Of a stretch of 64,000 bases of DNA, positions 22,863 through 34,747 are shown piece by piece (the stretch's first letter is position 1; each line of letters begins with the position of its first letter). The translations under genes were made by a program, and so were the position numbers. The notes under the pieces are model-generated. The model saw only the letters and a program-made list of their open reading frames with translations. It was not told where the DNA came from and made no database searches. This stretch comes from Macrostomum hystrix (taxonomy: Eukaryota; Animalia; Platyhelminthes), in NCBI GenBank assembly GCA_950097015.1, contig CATNEN010000038.1, positions 20,150,001-20,214,000 of the forward strand, written 5' to 3'.

Positions 22863-23145
22863 GAGCTTGTCAGCCTTATCAGTGACCTTGTCAGTGACCT
22901 TGTCAGTGACCTTGTCAGTGACCTTGTCAGTGACCTTGTCAGTGACCTTTTCAGTGACATTGTCAGCCTTGTCAGCGACCTTGTCAGCCTCGTCAGCGAG
23001 CTTGTCAGCCTTGTCAGTGACCTTGTCAGTGACCTTGTCAGTGACCTTGTCAGTGACCTTGTCAGTGACCTTGTCAGCCTTGTCAGCGAGCTTGTCCCTG
23101 AGCTTGTCAGCCATGTCAGTGAGCTTGTCAGCGAACCTGTCAGAG
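22863..23145. repeat. 12-bp minisatellite (GACCTTGTCAGT)
   Basis: Tandem array, paralogous to 20474-20832. Confidence 0.93.
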
Positions 23146-23315
23146 TGCTTAATACTGAAATGACAAGCTGTATACTACTGACCGATTTGAGTAGCATGGG
23201 CATAATCACAATATTCTCTTACCCTTTAAATACGCAATTTGATACCCGCATGATTTTAACTCTTCAATGGCTGATTGACAATAGTCTAGGACAATAGCAG
23301 CTGTCTTCAACAGGC

Positions 23316-23388
23316 GGCCCTGTGGCCTAATGGATAAGGCGTCTGACTTCGAATCAGAAGATTGCAGGTTCGAGTCCTGCCAGGGTCG
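23316..23388 (+). tRNA. tRNA-Arg(UCG) copy 7
   Basis: Identical to copy 1. Confidence 0.97.
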
Positions 23389-23510
23389 GGCTGAAGACGA
23401 TAATTTTTTTGCCTCAATGCAATCCACAATGCAAGCCAGATTTGAAGCCAGTGGCACTATGCACTTATTCACTATGTTTCAGTGACTCACTCGATTAGCA
23501 ACAGAAGGAA

Positions 23511-23935
23511 TTAATGTAGAACTACCTATTTTTTGTGCTGCACCCGAACGAAGCAACGCACGCGCACGGAACTCAAGAAGACGGGTCAATTTTTTGTTCC
23601 GCATCTTCTGAGATAAGAGTCAAGTCGCCAGCTCTTCAGACCGTCGAGATATTCAAGGTTTCTGTCCGTAAGTCAGATTTTTTCCGGTTAGAGCTAGTGT
23701 ATTTCATGCACCCCTATATACAAATTACCATTGCGCCTAAGTGAGGCCTTGCCAGGCCTTCAAAATTTATCAGCAAGTCACCCGAATGTGCCTGCATAAT
23801 ATCTGTCGTCGGTGGTCACCTACCTTTATCTAGACGGATTCGCTGGAGCTTCAATGGCTTCAACAGGTGGAAATATGCCACTATGGACACCATGACGCGA
23901 ATTTCTCAAATTTCACTGATCAAGCCAAAATATTA
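23511..23935 (+). repeat. ~430-bp dispersed repeat, family C (unclassified)
   Basis: Homologous in inverted orientation to 59705-60157 (e.g. GGTGGTCACCTACCTTTATCTAGACGGATT). Confidence 0.85.
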
Positions 23936-24718
23936 GGCGCATCTCAACCACAGGACACCATCGCCTAGTCTGTCAATATATCAGTCACCACCCAACGCTG
24001 TTAGCATTCAGGCGCTGACAAAAAAATACAGGGGGACCCTTGGTATAAAAACGGGAGGTTAAATGTCTTGGTAGTCCAACGCTTAAAGTTCTTTTGGCTC
24101 GAAAGGATACAAATTATTACGCCTTTGGATGAAATTCGAACTCAATACCTCTTACCTCTCTAGCGATTAGAAGTCGGTGCTAGAAATCACCGTCTAAATG
24201 GTGACACTAGAACCGCAGCCAGCGAGGAACCAATTCTGCCCATTCCGCTGACAAGCCATTACCAAGCCTTCTCAAGCCGTTATCGTTTTTCATTTACTAC
24301 TACGAGTAGCTTGTGTAAGTTTTATACTTCGTTCGACCGAGCTATGCATTCTAAGAGAAATAATATGCAGGTATTTTGGATACTAAATTTAAATCAGAAG
24401 TTATAATTAATCATGCATGGTTGACACTGCAGTCCAAATTAGTTCACCACAGCCCAGATAGCAACAGCTAATGCACACATTTATACCTGATTTCCTGTTT
24501 TCATGCCACTCGCGCTGACGCATTTAGACCAATCTATAGGTTTGCATACCAGTCAGAAGCTGCTCTGATTCGCATCGGTGTGTTAATTTACCAGTTTGGC
24601 GACTTAAATGACAGCATGTATAAAAGCCCATGCAAAATTTGCAAAAGCTTCAAACAAAATAAGCTGGCATGCAATTATAGCGTACAGTCAAAAGAAATCT
24701 GCATCACATCGAGTCGAA

Positions 24719-27700
24719 ATGAAGCCATGCTATGTGATTCTGATTTTTTTTTCCGTGACACTAGCAACTGTCTGTTTGTGTGCCAAAACTCCCTGCACAT
24801 TTCCCTCCCATTGTGGTTGCTCGCTAAAAGCAAAAAGCAGAGGCCAAACGCTGCGGTGCGCATCGATGGAAAACTGTTTCAATCAGCTGGACATGGACGG
24901 CATCGGGGACTCGATTCGCCTTGACACCTGCCCAGTGACGAGCTTATTCGTCAGCTGTAGCAAGTTCTGGTCGACTGTTAAGCTGAGAGTGAGCCATTTT
25001 CGTCACCCAAGCTGGCGCCACTTGACAAATCTTCTATTGGGCACTGGCTGTGTGTTCCAGCTGCACCAGCATCGCTTATTGGCAATGCTGCCTAGCTTGA
25101 GAAAAATCACTATAGCAAATGCCAGACTGTCAACTAACTTGAATAGATTCTCTGAGATTTTATGTTGTCCACCCAAGCTTGAGCGTGTTTTCTTGCAGTC
25201 GCTGAGCTATGAAACAAACGGTACTCTAATTAGTCACGAATCCTTCATTAACTTTCAATCGCTGAACAAAATTGTGTTTCATGAATCGCCAAATATTCTT
25301 GAACGGGTCGACTTCCTGCTCAACACTAGTTCGCCATATTTTGAGCTACTTTTCACAGGCCTCCCTAAAGATAGCAGAAATTTATCCAGCATGTCACTGA
25401 TAAACTTGGTGGAGGGCGTCAGTCTGTCGCTAAAGATCTCAGTGCACGGATCTCGTGCAGCTCAGCCTTTCAGCATCGATGCCCCGCCCAAGATTGGTGG
25501 CTTTAAGCTCGCCGTTCTGGCACTTTCAGGCCTCACAGTGGCGCACATAGGTGAGGCAGCGTTTCAAAACCTGAATGACTTGATGGATTTGACTGTAGTT
25601 CAGGCACAATTGGACAGGCCATTATTTCTTAAACTGCTCAGCGCTGTGAAAAACATCTCTAGACCAGAGCAACTGAGTTCAATTAGTGTTCAGTTCAATC
25701 AGAAAAGCCAGATATTTCCGTTCGACGAGTTCAACGCTTTGTGCCATAAGCTGCCTCGCCTCCAGATGTTGTCGATCAGTAATTCACCAATCAGCTTTTC
25801 AAATCCTTCTGGTCGGTTACTGAACTGTACGCGATTGCTGAAAGTGTCCATAACAAATTGTCAACTGAGAAACTCAGATATGCCAGCTGATGTGTTCAGC
25901 CTAATGCCACTGATAACCAATGTCAGACTGGATGGCAACCGATTCGAGCATTTCCCCTATGAGATTTTTCGGCCAATTCAACGCGTGACATTTTTAAGCA
26001 TATCTGGCAACAGCAACATGGACTTTCAGGCCAATTCTCTGCACAGAATTCTGCCGAATCTTCAAAAACTGGATTTGTCCCACTGTGGAATAAGCGACGA
26101 CCTAACGGACGCTTTTATCGACCAGCCATTGCTGGATACACTTGTGATGTGCTACATGAAAACTTTAAAACAAATTAAGTGCCCATTTAAGAACACTTGG
26201 TTCCGAAACTGTAGTAAACTGAAGAAGCTTGAATTTTCAAACAATCAGTTCTTCACTACCAAGAAGTGCAGCCCCGCTACGCTATTTGATCCACTGCTTA
26301 GTCTCGAGGAACTGAACATGGCAAATCTAAACCTGGGTCTTCTGGATTCAATGAATGCCCATCGAGTGCTCCGGCAGCTCAAGTCACTGCGCCGGCTAAC
26401 TCTGTCCGGCAACAGTCTCAGATCTCTGGACTCAGCCTTTTCTGAGCAAATGCCCGAGTTGACATTGTTGGATGTTTCAGAGAACTCTCTGCCGAATATT
26501 CCGCGAGATTTTCTTCAAAGAATGATGCCGCGCCTGACATTCATAAATATGAACAGCAATCCCCTTGTGTACCTGACACCAGATTCATTCAGCTGGTCAC
26601 CGGAACTAAGAATAAGTCTAGGCCCCAGTAAGTTTGCTTGCGACTGTGAGCTGCTGCCATTCACCGACTGGCTGCGAACTCAGTGGCCGATTTATCAAAT
26701 CGAGGACAAGGAGACCCAACTGAAAAACGCCATATGCAACTCGCTGCCCAACGGATCCAATCCAGTTCAAGCTGTCCGTCTTCTGAACTTCAGCATGTCA
26801 TGGTGGGATTGCTACAGGAGGCGTTTAATAGCAGCGCTGCTTTATTCGTTGGCATTTTTGTTTGCTGTTTTCCTAGTTGTCGGCCTGATACTGAGGTATC
26901 GATGGAAACTGCAATACAAATGGCTGAAACTTCGCATCAGGTATCGCCTGGTGAGGCGCCGAGTACCCACCGATTGGACCTATGAGTAAGTTTCATTATA
27001 TTACCTTATTATAAACTTAAACTGTAAGGTAATTATTACCCTGGGGTTGAGTGGCGGAGCGATGAGAAAGTCAGGGCAGGTGTACTCGTACACACCTGTG
27101 TGAGTGTGTGCCAGCGTTCATGATCTATGTGCGTGTGTACTCAGGAGTCCGCAGAATGGGCAGAACCACCTCCTCGCTGGTTGCGGGTCTAGTGTCACCA
27201 AATTATGTGCCATGGCCTGTAGCCCTCCTGCAATTACAAATACTATTATTATAGGTATTATAGGTACTATCTTAAATATAAGATACATTTAGACTTTGCG
27301 TCTCAATAAATCATCCAACTAGAAACTACAAATTTAAACTAAATGTGACAGTTTTAAAGCTAGTTTCCAATTCAGTAGCAAATTGAAAACTGTTTACTAC
27401 ACACCCGTTTTAGTCCTTAGCGTTGCATAAACAAACCAATAATAGTTCTCTCTTGAAATGATAATAATCCGCGTTCATGTGTAGCTTTGCAGTGTTTACA
27501 ACAGCCTCAGTTTCAAGTTTAGGCGTTTAAACTTAAACTTAGAGACATGGTCTAAAATGTGATAAAAAGTCAATGAAAAGTTTTGCATTAAGTTTTATGT
27601 TTGAGATCTTCATAAAACTTGAAAGTCCGCGCCTTCCACCAGTTCCACCTGCCCCCCAAAACGTACGCAGCGCTTGTTTCATACACGACGAAACTGACAG

Positions 27701-28190
27701 CGCCGCAAGTGAGTGGGTGGAAGCCCTGATCGTCAAACTCGAGACCGACCTCAAGCTTCGACTATACGAAGCGGAGAGGGACGCTCCCGCTGGCTCAAAC
27801 ATGCTGGACGAGGCGGCCTCGGCCATAGACAGAAGCCGGCACGCTGTGCTAGTACTGACGAAGGGCTTCCTGGAGAACAGGCTTAGCATGTACAGCGCAC
27901 AGTGGAGCAATGAGTCACTGTTTATACGGCGTCGCTGTCTCGCCGTCTTGGTGATGAGGGAGAAGCTGAGCGAGTCGGATCTCATGTCGCCAGAATGCAG
28001 GGTGCTGCACCGGCTCTATCGGATGTGCAAGCCCGACAGGATGATGGACTGCTGCGGCTGCGACGTCAACAGCAGCGAAGCGAATCGGCTGGGCCTCATG
28101 CTGTACAGGGGAGCGAAGACTGCTCAGGGAAAGTCAGCCGATGAGACCGTTGACTCGGAGACGAAGCCTCTGCTATTAGCAGGTCATTAG
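24719..28190 (+). CDS. Toll-like receptor (signal peptide, LRRs, LRRCT, TM, TIR), ~928 aa; exons 24719-26985 and 27671-28190
   Basis: LxxLxLxxN repeats, FACDCELLPFTDWL cap, TM LIAALLYSLAFLFAVFLVVGLIL. Splicing TATGA|gtaagt...acgcag|C restores TIR box 1 YDACFIH; ERDAPAG and AIDRSRHAVLVLTKGF follow. Confidence 0.9.
27043..27237 (+). mobile_element. SINE family A, internally deleted, in TLR intron
   Basis: Head GGGGTTGAGTGGCGGAG joined directly to CGATGAGAAAGTCAGGGCAG and the 3' body. Confidence 0.8.
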
Positions 28191-28350
28191 GCGTGATTTT
28201 GGAGATTCAAATAGAAAAAACACAACAGTCTAAGAAAGGGAGCGTTCATGCAGTGTATCAATTAAATAAAATAGAATTGAAACTACACCTTAAACAGTGG
28301 GGCCAATTTATTACCTGCCCCAATTGAGCCAGATGTGCAGCCGAAATAAC

Positions 28351-29660
28351 CAGGGGCGAAGCCAGCGGGAGCAAGGGGCTGCGACCCCCCAAATCGGCTG
28401 ACGAAACTATGTGACGCCCCGTGTGTTAGTGATGCCCCGTGTGTTAGTGACGCCCCGTGTGTTATGTGGCGCCCCGTGTGTTATGTGGCGCCCCGTGTGT
28501 TATGTGGCGCCCCGTGTGTTAGTGACGCCCCGTGTGTTAGTGACGCCCCGTGTGTTAGTGACGCCCCGTGTGTTAGTGACGCCCCGTGTGTTAGTGGCGC
28601 CCCGTGTGTTAGTGACGCCCCGTGTGTTAGTGACGCCCAGTGTGTTAGTGACCCCCGTGTGTTAGTGACGCCCCGTGTGTTATGTGGCGCCCCGTGTGTT
28701 AGTGGCGCCCCGTGTGTTAGTGACGCCCCGTGTGTTAGTGACGCCCCGTGTGTTAGTGACGCCCCGTGTGTTATGTGGCGCCCCGTGTGTTAGTGGCGCC
28801 CCGTGTGTTAGTGACGCCCCGTGTGTTAGTGGCGCCCCCTTCGTTAGTGGCGCCCCGTGTGTTAGTGACGCCCCGTGTGTTAGTGACGCCCCGTGTGTTA
28901 GTTACGCCCCGTGTGTTAGTGACGCCCCGTGTGTTAGTGACGCCCCGTGTGTTAGTGACGCCCCGTGTGTTAGTGACGCCCCGTGTGTTAGTGGCGCCCC
29001 GTGTGTTAGTGACGCCCCGTGTGTTAGTGACGCCCAGTGTGTTAGTGACCCCCGTGTGTTAGTGACGCCCCGTGTGTTATGTGGCGCCCCGTGTGTTAGT
29101 GGCGCCCCGTGTGTTAGTGACGCCCCGTGTGTTAGTGACGCCCCGTGTGTTAGTGACGCCCCGTGTGTTATGTGGCGCCCCGTGTGTTAGTGGCGCCCCG
29201 TGTGTTAGTGACGCCCCGTGTGTTAGTGGCGCCCCCTTCGTTAGTGGCGCCCCGTGTGTTAGTGACGCCCCGTGTGTTAGTGACGCCCCGTGTGTTAGTG
29301 ACGCCCCGTGTGTTAGTGACGCCCCGTGTGTTATGTGGCGCCCCGTGTGTTAGTGGCGCCCCGTGTGTTAGTGACGCCCCGTGTGTTAGTGGCGCCCCCT
29401 TCGTTAGTGGCGCCCCGTGTGTTAGTGACGCCCCGTGTGTTAGTGACGCCCCGTGTGTTAGTTACGCCCCGTGTGTTAGTGACGCCCCGTGTGTTAGTGA
29501 CGCCCCGTGTGTTAGTGACGCCCCGTGTGTTAGTTACGCCCCGTGTGTTAGTTACGCCCCGTGTGTTAGTGACGCCCAGCATGTTAGTGGCGCCCCATTG
29601 GTAGTGGCGCCCCCAAAAGCCGCGGCCCCTCTCAAGGCAAAAATCCTGGCTACGCCATTG
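28351..29660. mobile_element. hAT-like MITE carrying an internal minisatellite
   Basis: Imperfect TIRs CAGGGGCGAAGCCAG / CTGGCTACGCCATTG. It interrupts a family B SINE; degenerate 8-bp TSD GAAATAAC / GACAGCAC. Confidence 0.7.
28411..29612. repeat. 18/20-bp minisatellite (GTGACGCCCCGTGTGTTA)
   Basis: About 65 units with recurring variant blocks. Confidence 0.97.
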
Positions 29661-29870
29661 GACAGCACAGCCGCAGCTATTGCGCGTCGCATCTGAAGGC
29701 TGCGTACGGCTGTTTAGTCCATGGACTGGGGAGAGATGCCACACGCACCTTCCAAAACCCAGAATGCTGGTATTTATCGAACGTCTGGGTGAACTGAAGC
29801 TTAAGGACACAAATTGTTCCTGTGGAGTCAGAAATCGAACCCCCGACATTCAATTCGTGAGTGCGACAAC
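29661..29870 (-). mobile_element. SINE family B, 5' part (3' part at ~28305-28350)
   Basis: B-box-like GGTTCGATTTC on the minus strand near 29835; colinear with the 52385-52505 copy across the MITE insertion. Confidence 0.7.
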
Positions 29871-30911
29871 TAAGGCTATAGTTTGCAAAGTAATTCAGTC
29901 TGGGAACTGAAGCTGTCGCTACACAGCCAGTTTTTCAGCCCCGGCTGATGATGCAACTGGTTGAATTAACAAAGCAAGCGGGAGTAAAATAGTGTCTCCT
30001 TTGGATCCTTTGGGCTGAGATGCGAACTCCATAATTATTTAACTTGTATATGTTTATATTAGCATATGGGTAAGTGTTGCATTCTTTTAATCGAGTAAGA
30101 ATGCATGAGAGACACGATGCACAGCTAGGTTTCAAGTTGAGCCAGGTAGGTCCAAAAAAGGTACGGCCTCTCAGCGCAACACACATCTATTTATAGCAAC
30201 GACTCCACGGGGTGGTACAAAGAAAAGTTAACGTCACAGTAAGGGAATCCGTACATTTTGTGATATCAAAATTTATTTAAGTTATCGCACGTGTGATGCC
30301 TAGGTAAGTAAAGAAGTACCAATTAGCTGAAGATTGATTTTCATATGAAAGCGAACTCAATTTCATTGTTTAAGTACACAACATTAACCCATAATAGATA
30401 ATAGTACCATTTTTATAAACTAAATCACAAAACAGCTTTTTTCTCGGATTTAAATTCAGTCTTGAAACATTCAATTACTTTATGATGACATTTGTACATG
30501 GATTTTTCGCCTCTTTCGTTTTTGCGTTTGTTACAATATGTAATTTATTTCTTTTGAAAAAATGAAAGTCATCCCAATTATTACCAAATATGTACTCGTT
30601 CTTACTATTCGATCAGAGTTATAGCTGTTAAAATGTTTTTTCAGGATACAATACGCTCGTAATAGTACGTAAGAGACTAAAATGCTTGACTCCAATAATC
30701 GAGCTTCGAAGATGCCACTTAAAAGTACGCAATAGCATGAGTAGTTAAATACTACTATTATGAATATAAGTGAGTAGTAGCATGCGCAACTAGTTAATTG
30801 AATTTGTACGCACTAGTAAAAAATGTTGTTGCTTAAAAGTTATATTTCACGACGAATTTTTTTATATTAAAATTTTTTTATTAAATTAAAACAAAAAAAA
30901 TAATTATCTAT

Positions 30912-30984
30912 CGACCCTGGCAGGACTCGAACCTGCAATCTTCTGATTCGAAGTCAGACGCCTTATCCATTAGGCCACAGGGCC
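30912..30984 (-). tRNA. tRNA-Arg(UCG) copy 8 (solitary)
   Basis: Exact reverse complement of copy 1; oligo-T terminator at ~30893-30900 on the minus strand. Confidence 0.97.
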
Positions 30985-31179
30985 CCAGAGTAGGGCCAAG
31001 TCTAATTACATTAAATCATCAAATTAAATCTACTGAATCGAGTCTAAACAGTGTATAGACGTCAACTTTATGATGCCATATATAACCTAGAGTTTTAGTA
31101 CGGCTTATACGAGCTACGCATTAGGACACCTATCACACATCTATCTAACAGGTAGTCGTGGACACCCAACCTGTCTCAC

Positions 31180-31870
31180 TCTAACAGGTGGACACTGCCT
31201 GTATAACAGGTAGACACCCAGCCTGTCTAACATGTGGACACAGCCTGTCTAACATGTGGACACAGCCTGTCTAACATGTGGACACCCAGCCTGTCTAACA
31301 TGTGGACACAGCCTGTCTAACATGTGGACACAGCCTGTCTAACATGTGGACACTGCCTGTCTAACATGTGGACACTGCCTGTCTAACATGTGGACACAGC
31401 CTGTCTAACAGGTGGACACTGCCTGTCTAACATGTGGACACAGCCTGTCTAACATGTGGACACTGCCTGTCTAACATGTGGACACTGCCTGTCTAACAGG
31501 TAGACACAGCCTGTCTAACAGGTAGACACCCAGCCTGGCTAACATGTGGACACAGCCTGTCTAACAGGTGGACACCCAGCCTGTCTAACAGGTGAACACA
31601 GCCTGTATAACAGGTAGACACCCAGCCTGTCTAACATGTGGACACAGCCTGTCTAACATGTGGACACCCAGCCTGTCTAACATGTGGACACTGCCTGTCT
31701 AACATGTGGACACAGCCTGTCTAACAGGTGGACACAGCCTGTATAACAGGTGGACACTGCCTGTCTAACATGTGGACACTGCCTGTCAAACATGTGGACA
31801 CTGCCTGTCTAACATGTGGACACCCAGCCTGTCTAACATGTGGACACAGCCTGTATAACAGGTGGACAAC
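31180..31870. repeat. 22/24-bp minisatellite (GCCTGTCTAACATGTGGACACA)
   Basis: Tandem array. Confidence 0.95.
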
Positions 31871-32979
31871 AAATTTGTCTAACAATCTGTAGATATCAAC
31901 TAAGTCTAGCAGGTTAAAACAAAAGAGGGAGCTTCACAAAAGTACATAAAAATATCTTTAGTAAGCATATTATTTTCGCCACATTGTATTAGAAAAATCG
32001 ATGCGCAAACGATTAGCAAGCTTTTTTATAGCGAAAAATTAACTTATTTATTTCTAAAATGTGTTTGATGTCACCTATTGTAGTAGTATTATGATTATTA
32101 TTACCATGGATATAGTATATTTACAATCGGAAAAATAACATAAATCGAAACATTTTCTAAATCAAAGGTGCAAATCAAGATTTAGGAGTTAAAGTAGAGA
32201 ATTGAAATGACAGCTAATTTGTAAACATTACTTAAGAAACAAATAAATGAATATGAACTGTATTATTGAACTCGCTATGTTAACATTTTTAAAAGGAATC
32301 TTAATCAAATATTTATACTTTTGTATTTTACTGATTAAATTGCGCAATATTACCCTGCCAAACCAAGCAGCCAGTACTACTAGGAGTAGTTTTTGCAGTT
32401 TCTTCACAGTTTCAGAGGAACAAAGGAATAGTAAATAAGACTATTAGTGTTAACAAAGAAAGAGAGAGATATACAGTAGATAAGCAAAATGAATGCACGA
32501 GTGTTGACACAGATAAACGTAAATAAAAAGTTATACAGTAAATTTGCGGTTATAACAACATAGAATCTAAAACGGTGAAGCCCATTGCTTCTTTACAAAT
32601 CCATTATTGAAATGTAAGTGTATTTTTTTATTTGGGTACACCAACGAAATTTTTAATTTTCACTTAGTGCATGTTTTTACAATATATATAATAGAACATG
32701 AAAAAGCGACACATTTTAACTAGAATAACACAATAAGTCTTACATAGCTATTTTCTCTGAACAATATTAGAAAAGATAAACACGGGACCGGTTTGCTGAT
32801 TTTAAAACCCAAAAAACTATCTCAGACTACGAAACTAGAAAATGAGGGATTTTACCTAGCTGACAAGTTTTGGCCGAAACTTTAGCAACCGGATCATTTA
32901 TTTCATAAAAACGGCATAATAAATGTGTTTACTACACAAAAATCTAGTCTACTTTATTGTTATAAGCGATTGAGTCCAT

Positions 32980-34712
32980 TTACCATTCGGCTTCTCCCGT
33001 GGCCTTCTGGAATACAAAATCTTTGCCATTCAAATTCATAATGCCGTCCTTGAGATGAAATTTCCACTTGTTCCTGGCCCGGTTAATCTTGTCGTATTGA
33101 CAGACAACTATGTTGTCAGTTTCAAACATTCGCTCTGAGTCCTCGTCTGAGACGTCATCGCCCGAGTTTAGCGACTCCTCCTCCTGCGAGGAAGATAGGT
33201 GGAATGGTTGAGCAGATAGGGATTAGTGTAGGGGATGACTGGATTAGTGAAGGGACTGACTGGAGCTGATGGGATCAGCGTGGGAAATGACTGGATTGGT
33301 GTGGGAAATGACTGGATTAGTGTGGGGAATGACTGGATTAGTGTGGGAAATGACTGTATTAGTGTGGGGAATGACTGGATTAGTGTGGGAAATGACTGGA
33401 TTAGTGTGGGCAATGACTGGATTAGTGTGGGAAATGACTGGATTAGTGTGGGAAATGTCTGGATTAGTGTGGGAAATGACTGGATTAGTGTGGGGAATGA
33501 CTGGATTAGTGTGGGAAATGACTGAATTAGTGTGGGCGATGACTGGATTAGTGTGGGAAATCACAAGATTAGTGTGGGAAATGACTGGATTAGTGTGGGG
33601 GGTGATTGGAGCTGATGGGAATAGTGTATGGATTCAACTGCAACTGATGGGATTAGTGTAGTCGATGACTGAAGTTAAGGGGATTAGTGTAAGTGATGGT
33701 GAGATTAGTGGTCTAGGTGGAAGGCCGGTTCTGAAGACAATAAGGGAATTTAGCTAAAATGTGCCAGTGAAAGCAGCTGTCTAGCAGCCTAGCATCTTTC
33801 GCACGTACCCTCGACTCTTCGCCATCCTCGCCGCCGCCAGCCGCACCGCCGGCCCCACCGGCGCCTTCAACATCGTCTAGATCGCTGTCTGAATCGGAGT
33901 CCGAGTGCAAACCATCCGTCTGCGGTAGCTTGATTTGCTCAGGCTTCACGCGCTGCTGTTGCTGCAACTGCTGCTGCTGCTGCTGCTGCTGCTGAATTTG
34001 AGTAACCTGCGGCTGGCTGACGCCAAACACTAGCGAGACCCGCTGAGGCTGCTGCTGCTGCTGCTGTTGCTGATGAGCTTGCGGCTGCAAGAGCGGCCCG
34101 TTGGCGCCTAGCTGGAACTGATACTGCTGACCTGTGGTTGTCTGATAGTAGGCCTGGTTAGGAGGAATGGATTAGAAATTATAGGGTTTTGCAGTGTTTC
34201 ATTTAAACCGCATCTTAATATTTATATTTACAAAAGCTAGTATCTTCTTAACTGTACGTAGAAGATGGGCCTTACTAACAATGATTGCAGGAGGGCTAAA
34301 GGTAATGGAAAATGATTTAGTGACACTAGACCCGCAGCCAGCGAGGAGGCAATTCTGCCAATTCCGCTGACTCCTCAGCACACACGCACACAGATACTGT
34401 ACACAGGCACACGCTCACACAGGTGAGTACATCTGCCCTGACTTTCTCATTGTCAGGCAGTGAACACTTCACTGTGCCTTGGAGGTTGGCCCTCAAGGGC
34501 GTGAATTGCACGACAAGCCCCCAAGCATTCTCTCCGCGTCTGCATCCCAAATGAATGTGGCCTCGCCGAGGAATCGAGCTTAGGAACCTTGGTGCGACAA
34601 GCAGACGCGTTAACCGCTCTGCCACTCACACCCAAAAGAGGGGCATTACCTGCATAGCGTTCCTAGCCGCTGGCGTGGAAACCATGGAAACCTGAGCCGA
34701 ATGCAGCTGATG

Positions 34713-34747
<35 letters not shown>

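Noticed and set aside
18238-23388. Identical repeats separated by unique spacers, superficially CRISPR-like
   Set aside because: The repeats are complete tRNA genes, the spacers are 0.5-1 kb, there are no cas genes and the context is eukaryotic.
24608-24718. Upstream ATG of the TLR ORF
   Set aside because: The signal peptide begins at the Met at 24719, which is the more plausible start.
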